This document shows positions 36,775-51,618 of a stretch of DNA of 64,000 bases, piece after piece. The translations under genes were made by a program, and so were the position numbers. The stretch's first letter is position 1, and each line of letters begins with the position of its first letter. Under the pieces are notes generated by a model. The model worked only from the letters and a program-made list of their open reading frames with translations. It was not told where the DNA came from and made no database searches. Source of the DNA: Yuukianura sp. NJ FZ-2021 (taxonomy: Eukaryota); contig CM102290.1 in assembly GCA_046563655.1 (NCBI GenBank), positions 13,702,001 to 13,766,000 on the forward strand, written 5' to 3'.

Positions 36775-37760
36775 GTTTTCGCGCTTATTGTTTTCGCGCT
36801 AATTACCGTTTCGTAGCAGTTCAAGTTCTTTGACGTGTCACTTTCTCCTGGAAATTGAAATAATTACCGTTGAATTGAAACTGACAAAGTCCCTTCATTA
36901 ATTTTATTTTGGTGCGGGGGATTAGAGGTTCCGGGGATTCGAACCCACAAACCCCGTTTTCATCTCTGTCGCCTTCCAAACGACACCCAAGTGGAATCCA
37001 AATTGGACAAATCCCAATTTCCAATCAAGCAGCATCACTCATGGACCAAAAATCCCTTTATCTCACCTTCTTCACTCTAAAGTCGGTGCATTTTTCAAAA
37101 GTTGTGTAAATTTTAGTCCGAATTTTATTTTATTCTTTATTAAGTAGTGAAAACTTTATTTGGAAAAAAACTTCAAGAGTTTTATTTTTTTCAAAGTTTG
37201 ATTTTAGACACCGCTGAAATTAACACGAAATGTGCAATGATCTGAAAATTTTTGAGACAACACCTTGACTAAAATTTGTTCTAAACTCGTATGTATTTTG
37301 CAAGTCTGCCTATGACATAAGTTACATTCAGTGTTCAATTTGTAGTGTATTTTATGTTAAACTAAAAATTGTTGGTGTAACACATTTCCACTTCTGAGCT
37401 TTTCAGTTCTTTTGAAGACTTTTAGACTTAACAAGGACAGGCGGAAACAGATGCTATTTAGTTCTGTCTTGAAAACTGGGAGAGACAAAGCACAAAGTTT
37501 GTTGTCTGCTTTCCCCGACAACGTTTGTTGTTCTGGGGTCCCTTAAGGGCCTTGTCACTTTTTGTTCTCACAGCAAACCCACAACCTAAAGCGATTTGAT
37601 GTGTTAGGCTCATCTGTTTCTCTTCAATTGTTAGTTATGCATCAAAAGTTGTCCAGTTTCATAGACTTTTCTCTTTCTAAAGTCCATTTCCAATATGTAC
37701 TTTTATTCAATTTTTACAAATGGAAATGCAGCATCAAAGTATTATTTGAGGGTGAAGAAA

Positions 37761-38046
37761 CAAGGTTGTTCAAACTGAAATTTTGCTTGTTTTACCTTTA
37801 CAGGTTAAACCATAACTCCTTTTTTCAAATTTTTTGAACCGCACATCTGATGCGACTCTGTTGCGTCTCGAAATTCGAAATCAAAACTATGACTCACCAA
37901 CGTGGAAATTAAAAAATTTCAAAAAATTATTGTGAAAATAAACAAAATTAGCACAAGAGTTGATTTTTTCGTGTTTTTTTTTTAAATCAGAGTTATGGTA
38001 TAACCTGTTATACGCATTTGTATAAATGGGCGCTATAGTAATCCTG
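37761..38046. mobile_element. CAAGG MITE family C
   Basis: caaggttgttc...gctatagtaatcctg; degenerate TSD gtgaagaaa/atgaagaac. Confidence 0.8.
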
Positions 38047-39184
38047 ATGAAGAACCAAATGAGAAAAACTTTTTCCATTGACCTTTGACCTTCATTTGAC
38101 CCACTTTTACAAAAAGTCATTAACTTAAGATGACCGCATGTTGTAGTTAGGACAAGCCCATTACTACTACGGAAGTAGTAACAAAAACTTTGGTGAATGA
38201 AGTCCATGTTCCTAATGAGTTTCGATACACTTTCACATTTCTCTTTAGGTTTTGGAAGGTTTTAGCAAGGTTAGCACAACTTTCACTTTCCCATGCTTTC
38301 ACCACATTCCACCTTGCCAGTATTTTTTTCGAAAGTGCTTTGACATGTACAGACTCAGCTTAAGGACAAATCGATGCAGAATTTGTACGACGTTTTGCAT
38401 CGATTTGAGTCCTGCAAAAAATGTGCCAAATTTGCCCCAGGCTAAAAAAAACTTGCATTTCCAGAAAGTGCTGACTTTTGCCAAAAATTTCAAGAAATTT
38501 GAAATTTGAAAATACCGACAGAGAAAGCGTGTTTTAAGGTTTTACCGTTCGAAACCGTTTTAGCTACTAATTCCTAAGTGTGCTGTTGTTTGACTTTTGT
38601 TAATGAAAATTGGGAAGCCTGCCAGAGTCTTTATTTAATTATTGTAGAAGACCTCGAGACGACTTTGACAAGAATCAACGAAGCTTAGTGAAAATTGTAA
38701 AAAGACTTTAGATCTCATCTATTGATTTAACTCTTGGTATTTTCTATTTCCAGCAAAGAAGAAGCCTCCAAGAGGCGGATTAGTTGAGCCTCCAACTCAA
38801 ATCCAATTCTTTCTTTTTCCGTTTTCACAATCTATCCAATTTCATCAGCTAATTTAGTACATTTCCCTCCTCTTTCTACTTTCTCTCGTCTTCTAATTAA
38901 ACTATTATTCATTCCTCCTAAGTGTTTCTAAAGATCATTCCCACCGAATTGGAATTGAGCTTCAAAAGAGTATCCTGCTTCAATCTGAACTTAAAAGTGC
39001 AAGTCCACAGAATGGGTGCTTAATGCAAGCAGTTATCACCCAAACTAATTCTTTTTGATCTTTCTAAATTATTGCACAGACAAAATCAAAGTTCCTGCCA
39101 GAAAACTCATTTACAACAAGCAATTTGAAACCAACCACAGTTAAGAGTTGTTCGGGTAAAACAGTTCACATGGCACGCCAGAAG

Positions 39185-39472
39185 CAAGGTTGACCAACAA
39201 CGAAATACTTTTCCTTAACAGGTTAGGCAATAACTCCAGTTTTAAGTTTTTTGCAAAAAATTTTCAAAGCTGAATTCACGCAGTTTCAATAACCGTTGGC
39301 ATGGTAAATGAAAATAAAAAATTCACAGAGATGGCTATTGAATTGGCAAATTTAAGGTAGCAAAGGAGTGGAAAAAATAAAAAACAGGCAGAAAAAATTG
39401 TTTGGTTCAAGAAGATTTAGTGTTATTGCCTAACCTGTTAAAGAAAAACTAACTCGTTGTCAAGACACCTTG
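39185..39472. mobile_element. CAAGG MITE family D
   Basis: Perfect 8-bp TSD gccagaag. Confidence 0.9.
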
Positions 39473-40423
39473 GCCAGAAGCAGCGATCAATTTTTGGTCC
39501 AAATGACACGTTTGCAATTTGTGGAGATCAAACGTAGCGCTGTTCAAATGAAATCGCTAGAGGTACCTACAGCGGTTTGTCGTTCATTATGAAACTGTTT
39601 GAAACAGGGACAACAACCTTTATTTGTAAAGTTAATGAAGTCTCTTCAATTTTTTTTAGTTTTAGTGTCAATTAATTCCTACTGAGCTACTTTCTTGGAA
39701 AAAGGGCCTCACAAATGCTAAATTTATGGACAAGGTTTTTCTCTTCCAAATTGATCAGAGACATCTTCTGAGCAACTTGTACTTTCTCCGATTTTACAAA
39801 ACTTTCTCTCGACTCCTTTCAACCGCCTCTCTCACAAGACTTTTGAGCAAAACAAATTAAAGTAAACTTCAATGCAAAACTTTTTGTTGCCGCCCAATAA
39901 CTTTGGTTTCCAATAAAAAGCTGGTGAACCACAACTCTGCTGCAGCTTAACTGAACCTTGCTGCTATTCATCTTAAGTGTTAAAATTCTAAAGAAATAAA
40001 CTATTGTTCTGTTCTAAATAAAATATAAATGCTTAAAAGCGAAAATTGACCTTTGACATTAAAGTCACATGCTTATTCCATAGTAGAGTCACTCATATTC
40101 TGCATTCTTTTTTAGTTCTGAGAAAAGGAATGAAAGAAATCATCAAAAAGTTTTCCATCACTTTCTCCGCTCAAAACAACACACTCCAAATGGGATCCTG
40201 TTCTTTCCAAAAATCTCTTAGATCTTGGCCTTTACCATTCCAGGCCTGTCTCGAAAGTTGAAATGTCAATAACACAATGGCATTCAAAGGCATCACCACT
40301 TCTATCCACACAAACCTCAACTAACCTTTGCTAACTTTGCCCGAATGCCGCTGAAACCACGCCCACAATTCTTCAAAAGTTCTGAATTTTGAAAATTTTG
40401 AATTGTGCACAATTGTGTGAAAT

Positions 40424-40673
40424 CAAGGTTTGTTGACTTTGATTTGCTTTAACAGGTTGAGTAATACCTCATGTTTTTTCGATTTTGAAAAAAAAAGAGT
40501 GGCCTTTCATTTCCGGGCATCGTAGTCATAACAATATAGCCAAATTTTTGAAATTTTACATACGAATTTGTATCAATTTTTTGGATTGGTACCTTTTTTC
40601 ATTTTTTTTTTGTCAACAAGCGATGTAGTACTCAACCTGTTAGAGAAAATTAAGTTTTCGTTGTCAAACGTTG
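40424..40673 (+). mobile_element. CAAGG MITE family A
   Basis: caaggtttgttgac start; 9-bp TSD gtgtgaaat/gtgtgagat. Confidence 0.88.
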
Positions 40674-41390
40674 GTGTGAGATGGTTTACAACTCTCCGGA
40701 ATTAGTGAAAATGAATGACGGAAGAAAGATGTAGTAAGAAGTTGGGTGTGACTGATGTCGGTAGTAAATCTTTGGAATTGGTGACACACTTTTGGGCGTC
40801 CTTTTTGTCAGCAGATCTCTTTATCCCTGTCATGCGGCTTCTCCAGGGAAACGTCGAATTGGCGGGTGATTTGAAAAGGACTTGACTTCCATTTTGCATC
40901 TTCTTTTGTTATTCAATAATGAATTAGGTTCCGCTGTATTCCACTTTGTTGCCATCCAACAACAGCCTCTCTCCTCATCAAAATCAAAATGCAATTTCAT
41001 CTCTTCGCCTGCATCTTTAAACCTTGGTGTGGAACTAAGCACTGGGTTGCGTGTCTTGGCCTTTTGAGTTCCATTTTCCATCTTAGAACATGAACAAATA
41101 GAGTTTCTTTGGAACATAATTCCCATTGTTTTCACTTGGATTGTGTGTAGGCTCTTGTGGCTAAGCAAATGGATGAGGTATGCCTTGATTGATGCTTATT
41201 AAAGAAACTGGAGCTACAACAACATAGAAACACGCGCTTCTTGAAATCAAGGATCTGCTTTCGCGCAAAAAGCCGGAGTTCAAAACAAACGATCGCGGTG
41301 AAAAGCAACAAAAGTCCTTTTCATTTTTCTTAAACTAATTTTTGTAATCGTTTTGACGATTAACGGAACATGAAGATGAGTTGGCGGGAG

Positions 41391-41640
41391 CAGGGTTTGG
41401 TGATTTTGATTTTCTTTAACATGTTGGGCAATACCTCATGCTTTTTTGATTTTTCAAAAGAAATTGTCTTTTCATTTCAGGGCATCGTAGTCACAACAAT
41501 ACAGCCGAATTTTCCATACGAATTGATAGCAATTTTTTGGATTGTATTAAATTGGTACTATTTTTCTTTTCGATTTCTGTCAACAGGCGAGGTAGTATCG
41601 AACCTGTTAAAGAAAATCCTGTCATTGTCAAAGAACCTTG
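41391..41640 (+). mobile_element. CAAGG MITE family A (diverged)
   Basis: cagggtttgg...aagaaccttg; TSD ggcgggag/ggcgggat. Confidence 0.85.
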
Positions 41641-42841
41641 GGCGGGATAACTAATTTGGTGATAGAGATAATACGAGATGTTGTACAGAGACGATTGGGA
41701 TTAAATCAAAATTGGGCTTAATATGAAGCGAGAAAGTGAACCAGCTTTCTCTGCTTTCTCCTCGTGATGGTCTATTTTTGTAACAGTCCCTTCCAATACT
41801 TCTGCTGTAATCTGGTGGCTCTAACTCCCCGCCAAAAGTTGAGCTTCAAAGATTCTCTGTCACCAGATCCTAGTCGTAGTGTATTAAATTACAAACAAGA
41901 CAGGCGTGAAGTTTTCTCATTTTTCGGTTCAATGCATTTCGTCTCTCTTCATTGTCTTGCCCAATCCCAGCCACCCCATCTTCCAAAAATCAGGCTCTGC
42001 AGGGAACAGCGTCATTCCTCTGGCTCCAGCAGCGCTCAAATCGCTGATTCCGTGTCTTCGCTTCTCATCAACTCATCGCTGGAACGGCACGAGGCTCCGC
42101 AATTAAATGCCTTTGCTCCCCCGCATTACGCCGAACTGATCAAATGATCCGAGACTTTTCTTGGAACGGCACTCAAATGAAAGATTTAAATTGACCTTTT
42201 GACCTGATGCCCTTGGTGGGGGACAATTTTTTAAAAAGTGCATTCAAGCATGCTGTTTTTTGTTCAATGAAAAAAATTTTTTTTTTTTGAAATTCGAAAT
42301 TTAGAATTCTAATTCAGCCAAAAGCTGTGCTGAATCTCTCTCTTGCCAATAGGATTAATGACACAGCCTATTTATTTTGGAATTTTACTCAAGTAACTTT
42401 TCCACGCTTATGTTTGACTTTTGGAGATTTTGTTCTGAGAAAATAGCGGGGATTTGTCAATCTCACAGAAGTTTTTACTGTTTTTTGAAAAGTTTTGATT
42501 TTAGAGCTTTTCGTTCTTATCAACTCCCGCCACTGATTGACATTGGAGAGACGTGCAGCTAAAATCCAAGTCTCCTAGTATGACCGACGGTAACCTCTGC
42601 TCTTCTTTTATGCTTTAGCGCTTAATTTAGTTGCGTGGCAAAAGTCGTTTGCGTTGATGACAAGATCACTTGTGCAAACCAAACAGAATAAAATCGGAGC
42701 TGACGGAGGCTGAAAAGCTGGGGAAAATGCGAATTTTTTGGTAGTTCGTGTTGTGCTATACTTTCCCTTGGTGAAATGCAAGTTACTGCTAGCGATGGAG
42801 CCATTTGCCTAATCCGCTTCCTCAGAATTTTAGGCGATTTC

Positions 42842-42930
42842 CAAGGTTTCTTGACAACCGAATTGTATTTCCTACAACAGGTTGTCCAATAACTCGGGGT
42901 TTACAAAAATCTTCCCTCAAACAATTTTCC
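42842..42930. mobile_element. CAAGG MITE family B, truncated
   Basis: Matches the first ~90 bp of 2136-2331. Confidence 0.7.
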
Positions 42931-45322
42931 CCAGCTTTAAAACATTGAACCTCAACAGCTTCCATATGCCCAGATTTTGATTTTTCAATTATTCATGATA
43001 AAATATTTTTCATAAATCGTGTACAAAATGATTTCCTCATCGAAATTGTTTCCAGACTACTCAAAATCAATGTACCCATAAATTTCGAAATGCAATTTAA
43101 AAATGCAATTTTTTTGGAAAGACATTTGAATTATTCGAAGAATGAAATCCTGTTGGAGGAAGAAGCAAAGTCTATTTAAGTTTGACTAATGATTCCCATG
43201 TTCGTCGTTTTCAGAAATCCGGATGAGAACGCGCTCGAAATTGAAATGGGAACAAAAAGAAACGTACACAACAAAACCCATATTCGTGCAACTTCAATTT
43301 GACAATTTTGAAATGTAGTTTTCAATTTTTTCCGTAAAAAAAATAATAAATGGAAACGATGTTCTCCGCTTGTCTCAAAATTTCAACAGAATAAGGACAT
43401 CTTCTTTCCTTATTTTTTCTGAAAACAAGGTTGGATTAAAATTAGTTTCGACCTCTAATTCTCTAACATATACTTTTCAATTACTATAATTTATTTACCA
43501 ATTAATTACTTTGAGTGTTTTCAATTCCAATCGATTTCCAAAAACTTCACCACAAACGAAAGTTTTCAGGAGTCTTGGAAACTTTTTTAGACAAATTTGG
43601 ATTTAGAGGGATGTGGATAAACAAAAGTTTTTCTAATTTCATTGTGGTTTCAAAAAAAGCAGAACTTTCCAGCACAAATCGGAATTGCTTTCATGAATAA
43701 GTGAATTTGATAGACTCTTGGTTTCAAAGTTAGTTCAAAATTTATAGTTGTCATTGTGCCGAACAGACCGACAGAGTCTTGGGAACCCATAAAATAGCAA
43801 ACTACTTTCCATGCTTAATAACAACAAAACTCAAAAAAAAATTGATGAAACGGGATTTTGCCTGTTTAAAAAAACTGCAATTCAAGGTAGAAAAGCACGC
43901 TCAAGATTAAATTGAGTTTTGGTTATAGCTTGTCTAATTTGGAAATTTTCCATTTTCAATTCGTTATTCAAATTCAAAGTTGAAATGCTCGAAAAGTTCG
44001 TCAAATGGAACAATGACCTTGTCACACTTTTGTTTTTCAACTGTTCGGTTGAATGGTTCCGAAAAAAACAATTTCGACCTCCTAGATCACAAAGTGCAAT
44101 TTCTTCAGTGGAGGAAAGAAGACATGCATACTTGAAATTTATCAAATTTTGAATTCGGTAGAGCGTTGCGGTTCCTCTGTAGATTTGGCGTGTCAAGTGC
44201 ACATCTTCACGCCTTTTTGCAATATATATTCATATTTTTGCTGTGTTTTGGAAATTGAACTTTTGAGTTCCGAAGAGGTCGTCAAGTGTGAGAGCACACG
44301 AGAGCGTTATGGCACAAATGGCACACCAGGAGATGGCTACAAAGTGTAAACTTTCGCCTTTTGACTGTGGACAAGAGCAGCACTTGTGGTTTTAACTAAA
44401 ACTCAAAAAACTTTTCAACTTTGAAACAGTTTGGGCGATCCAATAATTTTGAAGTGGTTGGATTGGAGTCCACGCGGCTCTGCAGAGCGGGAATGAAAAT
44501 TGAAAAAAGTTAAAAAAAAAGTCCTCCACACTCATCTGTTGTTTGAAGTGTTGACTTTCAACTTGAGCAGAATCGCATGAGTTTGTAGTAGATTATTTGA
44601 TGTGGACAATTTAATCAATAGGGAGACCTTAGCTGTTTTCCTGTCCGATGATTCCGCAAAGCCCAAAACGCCTTTGTCACAATGCTAAAAAAAAGTACTG
44701 AAATTCAATGCATCCACCACAAGGAGCAAAACAGACAGACGGTTCGTGGAGACAAACAACAACTTTTTCCGACTCCACTTTCACTTTCACCAGCCATTCT
44801 TCACTTTTACGTTTTTTCCCGTAAATCAGGAAAGCAGATTCGAAAAAAAAATTTGGCGCAGCACTAAAACGAAAACAGCCACTTCTTGTTCCAAAATGGA
44901 ACGAAAACGCTTTTTTTTTTCTTTCCCGTCAAAATGGAAATTTCATTTTCAATTTGTATTCAGGTCTAAAAATGACAAATGTGAAAAATGGTGACAAGTT
45001 CTAAAAGGAGGTGCAGAAAATCTTTTTTTTAGTTGGGATTTCAACTGTCAATTTTCATTTCATTACTTTAATTCAGGACTGAAAGAAAAAAAGGAAGAAA
45101 GAAAGAATTCAACAGGAGAAAGTATTGAAAAGTGAAAGGAAAAATTTATCTATAAAATAAATATTGTTGATTGGTTGGAATTTTTTTTGGTGAAGTGTAC
45201 TGTTGAAGATCAAGTGGCGACCAAAACTTCGCTTCTAATAATTAAACAAGACAAGTGGATTGATTTTGTAGAAATACAAATAAAACATAAGGTAGAAAAA
45301 CAACTTTTCAATTTTCCAACTA

Positions 45323-45485
45323 CAGTAAAACCTCTCTTCTTGAAACCAATTTCGTTTTTTTCATTTGACGATGGCGTACCGTAAAACTCAAAGTTTATAA
45401 GGGATTCCAATTACAATCAAACCCAGAATTTTACAAATTTAAAAACTTAGGATTTCTTTATGTTGCGCAATGAGAGGTTTTACTG
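45323..45485. mobile_element. Tc1/mariner-type MITE
   Basis: TA|cagtaaaacctctc...gagaggttttactg|TA, perfect 14-bp TIR. Confidence 0.85.
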
Positions 45486-48400
45486 TAGCAGCAAAAAGCA
45501 GAAACCAAGTGAGTGAAGTTTTTGAAAATAAAACATCATGTAAAAAACGAAGAATTGCGTTCAAACAACCTAACTTTCTCCACTCGTGTTCTCATTTCCG
45601 AAGAAATTATTTGTGGAAGGAAGTAAGCGCAGTTCTTTCAAGTTCCTCCATACAACTTGGATTCTCTTCATCTCGTCTGCAACTCCTTTTCTCCGATTTC
45701 GCCCCAAAATCAATAGAAATTCCAATTAGTCCCGCAACATTGTCCTCCCCTGCCTCCACTTCCTTTGTACAACCAGTTTCATGTGACCAGAAAGCAAAAG
45801 GTCACGGACCAGCATTTGAAAGAGCGGCTTTTGACCTATTGTGTCCAACTGGGCTAAAAAGGCTTCTCCAAAAACTCTAAGAAAACAAAACCAAACAACT
45901 TCTGACCTTACGAGAGTCGCTTTTAGCAAATCAGAGTCAATGGAATCCAACTTCCCAGTTTTATTCAACTCTTGATCAAAAGACTCTTTCTGTTTTTTTG
46001 ATATCCGGGATACGATTTTGCTGTGATGTGAAGCTTTTGTGCAATTCACGTTTCCATCCTACGCCGGAAAACGCAACACGTTGAGCTAACCAGAACTGGA
46101 ACAACGGATAAGCTGTGACACAGAAGTTCTGAATTTTGTAAATTCCAAATTTAGTATTTATGGTTTGAATCAAAATGCATGCTCTGGTGATCACAAATTT
46201 TATAAAATGCATAGCATTTGAGAGTGAAACTTTAAATTTACAAACCCTAAAATCCTGGAATTACATTTTCCAAATGACTGACTCTGTCCTATTTGTAGCT
46301 TTTTCCTTTGATTAAATTTGAGGATTCATAAACACTCCATCCACAAACAGTACAAGGGTCCTTGTCAAATTTAATTTTTCAAATGATGCTCGTAGATGCT
46401 TTCAGCGGCTTTGCTCTAACTCAACTACAAACTTTTTAATCCGGTTACAGCGAAATTGAGTCAAGGACTTAAAAATTTTCAGGATTTTGGATTTGGCAGA
46501 GTAAGAATAGACGTGTAGGGTGCAAAAGGAAGGTAGAGTAGGCCATGAATATTAAGTTTGCAGTGCTGGTTGAACCGAAAAGTCGGTTCTAGACAACGAA
46601 AATACTAAACCACACACAAACTACTACTCACAAGGGAAAACAGTCGGAGTACAATCAAATTTGAAGAAAAAGCCCGCATCTGGAGATAAAATAAAAAATT
46701 CTGCTGCAATCCAAAACTACAGAAAAATACGGTCGCAAAAAAAACGCATTCTTTCTAACATAAAAAAATATGTTATTAGAAATTGTGAGTTTTTTGTCTA
46801 TGCCAGATTATGAAAAAAAAAACTAGTAGTATGCTTTTAGTATCAAAATAAATTTGAGAGATACATAACAAATTAATGTTGAATTTGGGCAGGAATCTGG
46901 AACTTGTGCGTTGCGCAAACACAAAAATCCGATCCAGGAAATGCTGAAGGCTATTTGGCGTTACGCAAGGTTGCTATTTGGCAGGAAATTAAAAGTTTTT
47001 AGAATTCCTGAGCAATGAACTGTACACATTTTTTGTTAACAAAAAAAAATTTTTTTTTAACGAGTGAGTTTATTTTACAATTTTACAAAAATCGTGTTTT
47101 GAAAACAATCGATCTGCATTTTAGAAGCAGCGCCCAGGAGCTAAAACAAAAAGTGTTGTTAAAACGACATTTTAATTTGAAACAAAACTTTGACAGTTAT
47201 TAACTGTATCATTTTTCCATTTTCCTTTCGTTTTAGTCGTGACGAGGAACTGTAAATTGAATTCCAGGTTCGTATGAATTTAAAATAATCGTGATATGCT
47301 TCAGCACCCAGTGAAAAATTTCATTTTTGTTCCAACTGCGCCTCATCTGCCATTGTCTACTTAGGAGCAGCGCCTTTCTTTAATCTCTTTTCTAGTCTTG
47401 TTATGAAGAAGAGTAGAGAATAATAGAACTTTCTCTCGAGATAGTACGAGGGTTAGCAAATCTACTTTTTTAAACACTAATACCTTCTAAATGTCTGGTT
47501 TTAATCAGGCACAAGGTTTAAGCCACTTTAATTGGCTTTAAAATAATGTTCTCAATTATCAACGAGGAGAAAAGCTTTTGTTTTCACTCGTTTCGAATTC
47601 GATTTTCCAAGAATTTCAGATCGATTTGGCTTTGATGTTAAAAGTAATTTGAAAAACAAGGTTAAAAGTCAGGTGATTTTAATCGTAGATGAAACTCCGG
47701 GAGCAACTCTGGTATAAAAGTAGATGAAAAAGTAGGAAATCTGCTTTCATCCTTGGATTCTTTCTCTTCTCAAGTCCTAATTTCCAGTTCCTATCCCACG
47801 GGATAAGAAAACAAAAGAAAAGTTCCAACCTTTTCAATTTTTTTTGGTGGTGGAAGGTGGAGTGTTTGAAAAATGAAGGTTTCCCGCTTACGTCTTTCAC
47901 CTTTTGATTCGTTCGTTAACTTTGTGCCTGACTTTTCACTCAAGGCTTAAAGTAACTCTCATCTCGTGGTCCACAGAACATCCTCCAGCCTCCAAACTTC
48001 TTTTTTGTACCAGGAGAAAGCTAATCCCACACAACCTGACTTTCTATCCTCAGCAGACGCGGAAAATTTGAAATATGAAAATGAAAAGTGCTTCTTTGAT
48101 TGATTAACCTAATCCTCAAACTTCTTACGTTCCACTCTTTGAGACGTTTTCTATGTGGTTCATAATTTGGGATTCAACTTCCAAAAATTAATAACCTTTT
48201 CACTAGTCCATGCATATCCTGGATGCTTTTTTTTATTTTACAAAATGTGGAATGCTAAATTTTGAATTAATTGTTCCTGACACGAAAATTTGAGTTTTTA
48301 CAACTAATTTAGTTTAATTATTAAACTTGTCTTTATTTTCAACAATTTTGTTTCATTTACCTTAAGAGTAATGTCAATTAGGGAGTTAACAATTGAGTAC

Positions 48401-48601
48401 AAGTTATGGACAACCAAGAAGGCTTTGACACTTTGACCTTTAAAGAAAGATTCAATTTAGTTATCGTTAGACTATAACTACTTCACATATTTTATAATTT
48501 AGTATTTACTTTTTTAACGATATTTAACTAGAAAGTAGCACAACTCACGGAATCTCTTTAAATTGCCGCAGTTTAATGCGAGTTTAAAAATATGTAGAAC
48601 G

Positions 48602-48760
48602 TCATTGGCGCGAAAACAATAAGTGCGAATTGAGCAACTTGGCAACAGTGCAATCGAACCTTATTGCGGGAATAGAGTGTGTTAGGATTCATTGGTAATG
48701 TAGGTTCAGGGTTGCCAGCTTGTGAAATTCGCGTTTATTGTTTTCGCTCTAATTGCCGGG
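48602..48760. mobile_element. Small TIR element
   Basis: gcgcgaaaacaataagtgcgaatt / aattcgcgtttattgttttcgctc; a related end occurs at ~36776-36810. Confidence 0.6.
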
Positions 48761-49083
48761 AACCAACAAATAAGCATCTCAACAACACTCGTATAAAACC
48801 AGATTAGAAGTTAATCAGTTTTTAATTGAGACAGGCGTTCAACACTTGGCCAAAAAATTAATTTCAAAATTTTGTAAATTATTTAACAGTTTTGAAACGC
48901 CGCTCAAAAGAGAAACATATTTATATTTTTTTTTGGATAATCCTATATATTTTCCACTCCAGTAGAATTTAGAACTATTGAAAAAAATGTTGATGTTTTT
49001 AGAAATATTTGGCACTATACACAAGCAATCTCAGCAGTCACACACATTTAGCTGTCACATTATTTGTTTAGGAAAGGGAAAGT

Positions 49084-49295
49084 CAAGGTTCGTAGACAAA
49101 AAAAAAATCTCAACACCAGGTTGTCCAGTAACTCGAAGTTTTAAAATTTGTTTGAAAGTAGGAACATTTGACTTTCTATGGTAATTTTTTGCATGTAAAT
49201 GGGATTGGTGCCGAAATTTGTTTGAAGTAAAATTTTTGAAAACTGAGTTATTGGACAACATGTTGTAGATTAGTTGTAGATTAGATGCTACCTTG
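49084..49295. mobile_element. CAAGG MITE family B
   Basis: Perfect 8-bp TSD gggaaagt. Confidence 0.9.
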
Positions 49296-51383
49296 GGGAA
49301 AGTTAAGTTTGCAAATTCATGTCAGATTGTTTTGGGAACTAAAAGTTTGGAAATGGAGACCACATCGTAGGTTGAATTTTTTTCCCGCCATGTTCAAAGA
49401 TTTGAGAGTTTATGGAAGAAAGTTGACTTGTTGAAAAGTTGTATCTGCATAAACAAGAGGGTCCTCTGATCTCTTGTGATGCGTAGTGTAGCAGGGCACA
49501 AAGACTACAACACTCGATCAGACTAAAAGTTCAAGATTTTGCAAGGAACCAGCTTGCTTGCCAGAGAAAGTGGGACGTCAACAGGCTGTTTTCTCTTGAC
49601 TTTTCCCTTACAAAGTGTTGTGAGATCACGACAGAGTCCCAAGACACTTGTAGAGATGACAAGTTTTAGTTGCCATCAGTTTAATGAAGTTTGAAGAGTG
49701 GAAAAAGTTATGATGGAGAGGGGGGAAGATGTTACTGGAGGGTAGGGGGAATATTTTGGAAAGAGAAAAGTCTAAAAACTCTCACAGTTGGATAATTCCG
49801 GAAGATCATAATGGGACCGGAGGACTTTGAACTGAAGAAAGCTGAACAAAGTTCAGGAAATGAGAAATCAGGCCTTTCATATTGAAATCTAAAAGGCTTC
49901 GGCTCCACCACCTCTCTCCACATAAACAAACTCTGAATTCAAGGAAATGAACTTCCAGAACTCTCTACTACCAGTACAAGGAACCTTGTACAACGAATCT
50001 TAACTTTTCCAACTTTTACTTTCTCTCTGTACTTTACTTTTACTCAACCAAACCAAACGAGTTTTGCTTTCTCCTAAAAAAAAGCAAATATAGCTGCACA
50101 GGATCTTCTAGGTAAACGGATCTGGGTTTTCTCTTGAATACTTTATATCCTGCTCACTTCTTGGTTGAAGTAAGCTTAAAGGCAGGTAATTGTACCCTCC
50201 AGTTAGCCTTACAAGCGTAAACCCCACGCGCCAAATTCGAAAATCTGTTATGTTTACGCCTAACTGAAGACAGCTCCGGGGTACATCACAAATTCGACAT
50301 TTTTGAACTTCCCGCGTGCAGTTTCAATAGAGGGGTACAATCACATGCCATAAAGTGTACTTTGACCCAGTTCTGAACCAAATGGAAACAGATTTAAAAA
50401 TATATGAGAACAGAAAGGTACATTTTTTAGACTCTTTTAAATTTTTAATTAAAGTTTTGCAGAAACATTTGATTTTGAGTAACATTTTGAGTCTGGGGAC
50501 GAGAGTAGTATGTAATTGCTTGCAAAATTAGATGACTGGTGCAACTGAAGGAGCAGGTCTTTTTGACAGACACGTTTGAGGAGAGGCAATTACTCATCGC
50601 AGAAGCTGTGGGAACGAAGGGCGGTTGGTGAAAGGTTGCTTTCTCCTAGAAACTTTATGTTAACCCAACAGTAAACTGCGGTCTACCTCTCCTCATTTCC
50701 CGAGGAAACTGACTTTGACCTCATAACTTGAATGCCAAAAGGAGAAGTATCAATGAAATTTCCTTTGCTGGAAAGTGAGAGTTGGTGATTGGATGACATG
50801 AGAGCCATGGAGCATGAACTGTTCAAAGGGAATCAAAAGTTTCTGTGCATGACTCCATAACCCAAACGTTATGAAATCCTAAATTAGAAACAAAAGCCAA
50901 CATGGCGTGTCAGGGGACACAAATAGGACATGTCACGTCAAAATTCTGAGAACCACTTTAAGTCAAATCCATTCAAATTTGTGCTTTAGAAGCACACTTT
51001 CAAACTCAGGAACCAAAGGAATCAAAAATTGCCACCTCTTTGAATTTTGAATTCATCTGTTCTTTGTAAGTTTTACTGTTAGTGAAATCAACTTTCACTG
51101 CACTTCTATTACAACTGTTGTTCAAGTATGGAAGTCCATTTTGCCCAACAGAAATTCTATCTCCAAACACAAGGTTTGCTTTGAACTCTCTGCCACTTCA
51201 AACAACATACGCCATTTTGAATTTTGTGTTTGAACTGCCAATGCAAACTTAGCTGCAAGCTTGACAGTCAATATTCAAACAGATACGATGAAACATAGAC
51301 TCCTGATGACTTTTTCAATTCAGCCTGTCACGTTAGTTCTAATTTCATTTATCCGACTTTTTAAAAATTTGGACACATTTTAC

Positions 51384-51618
51384 CAAGGTTGTTTAAAGCG
51401 AAATTTTGCTTATTTTTTCCTAACAGGTTGTGCCATAACTCTTGGTTAAAAAAATGTTTGTTTTGATATTTTATCTGCAAAAGATCAACTTGCGCCATGT
51501 AAAGCAAACACAATTCGTACAAAATTCCTGAAAATTTTTTTTCGTAATTTTTTGAAAAAAGTGAGTTATGGCATAACCTGTTAGCGCATTTGTATAAATC
51601 GGCGTTATAGCAACCTTG
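51384..51618. mobile_element. CAAGG MITE family C
   Basis: caaggttg...caaccttg; TSD cattttac/cattttaa; sits between two copies of a ~65-bp direct repeat (agcctgtcacgttagtt...). Confidence 0.88.

Noticed and set aside
36910..36960. tRNA gene or SINE (GGTTCGAATCC B-box on the minus strand)
   Set aside because: No A-box or cloverleaf could be built around it.
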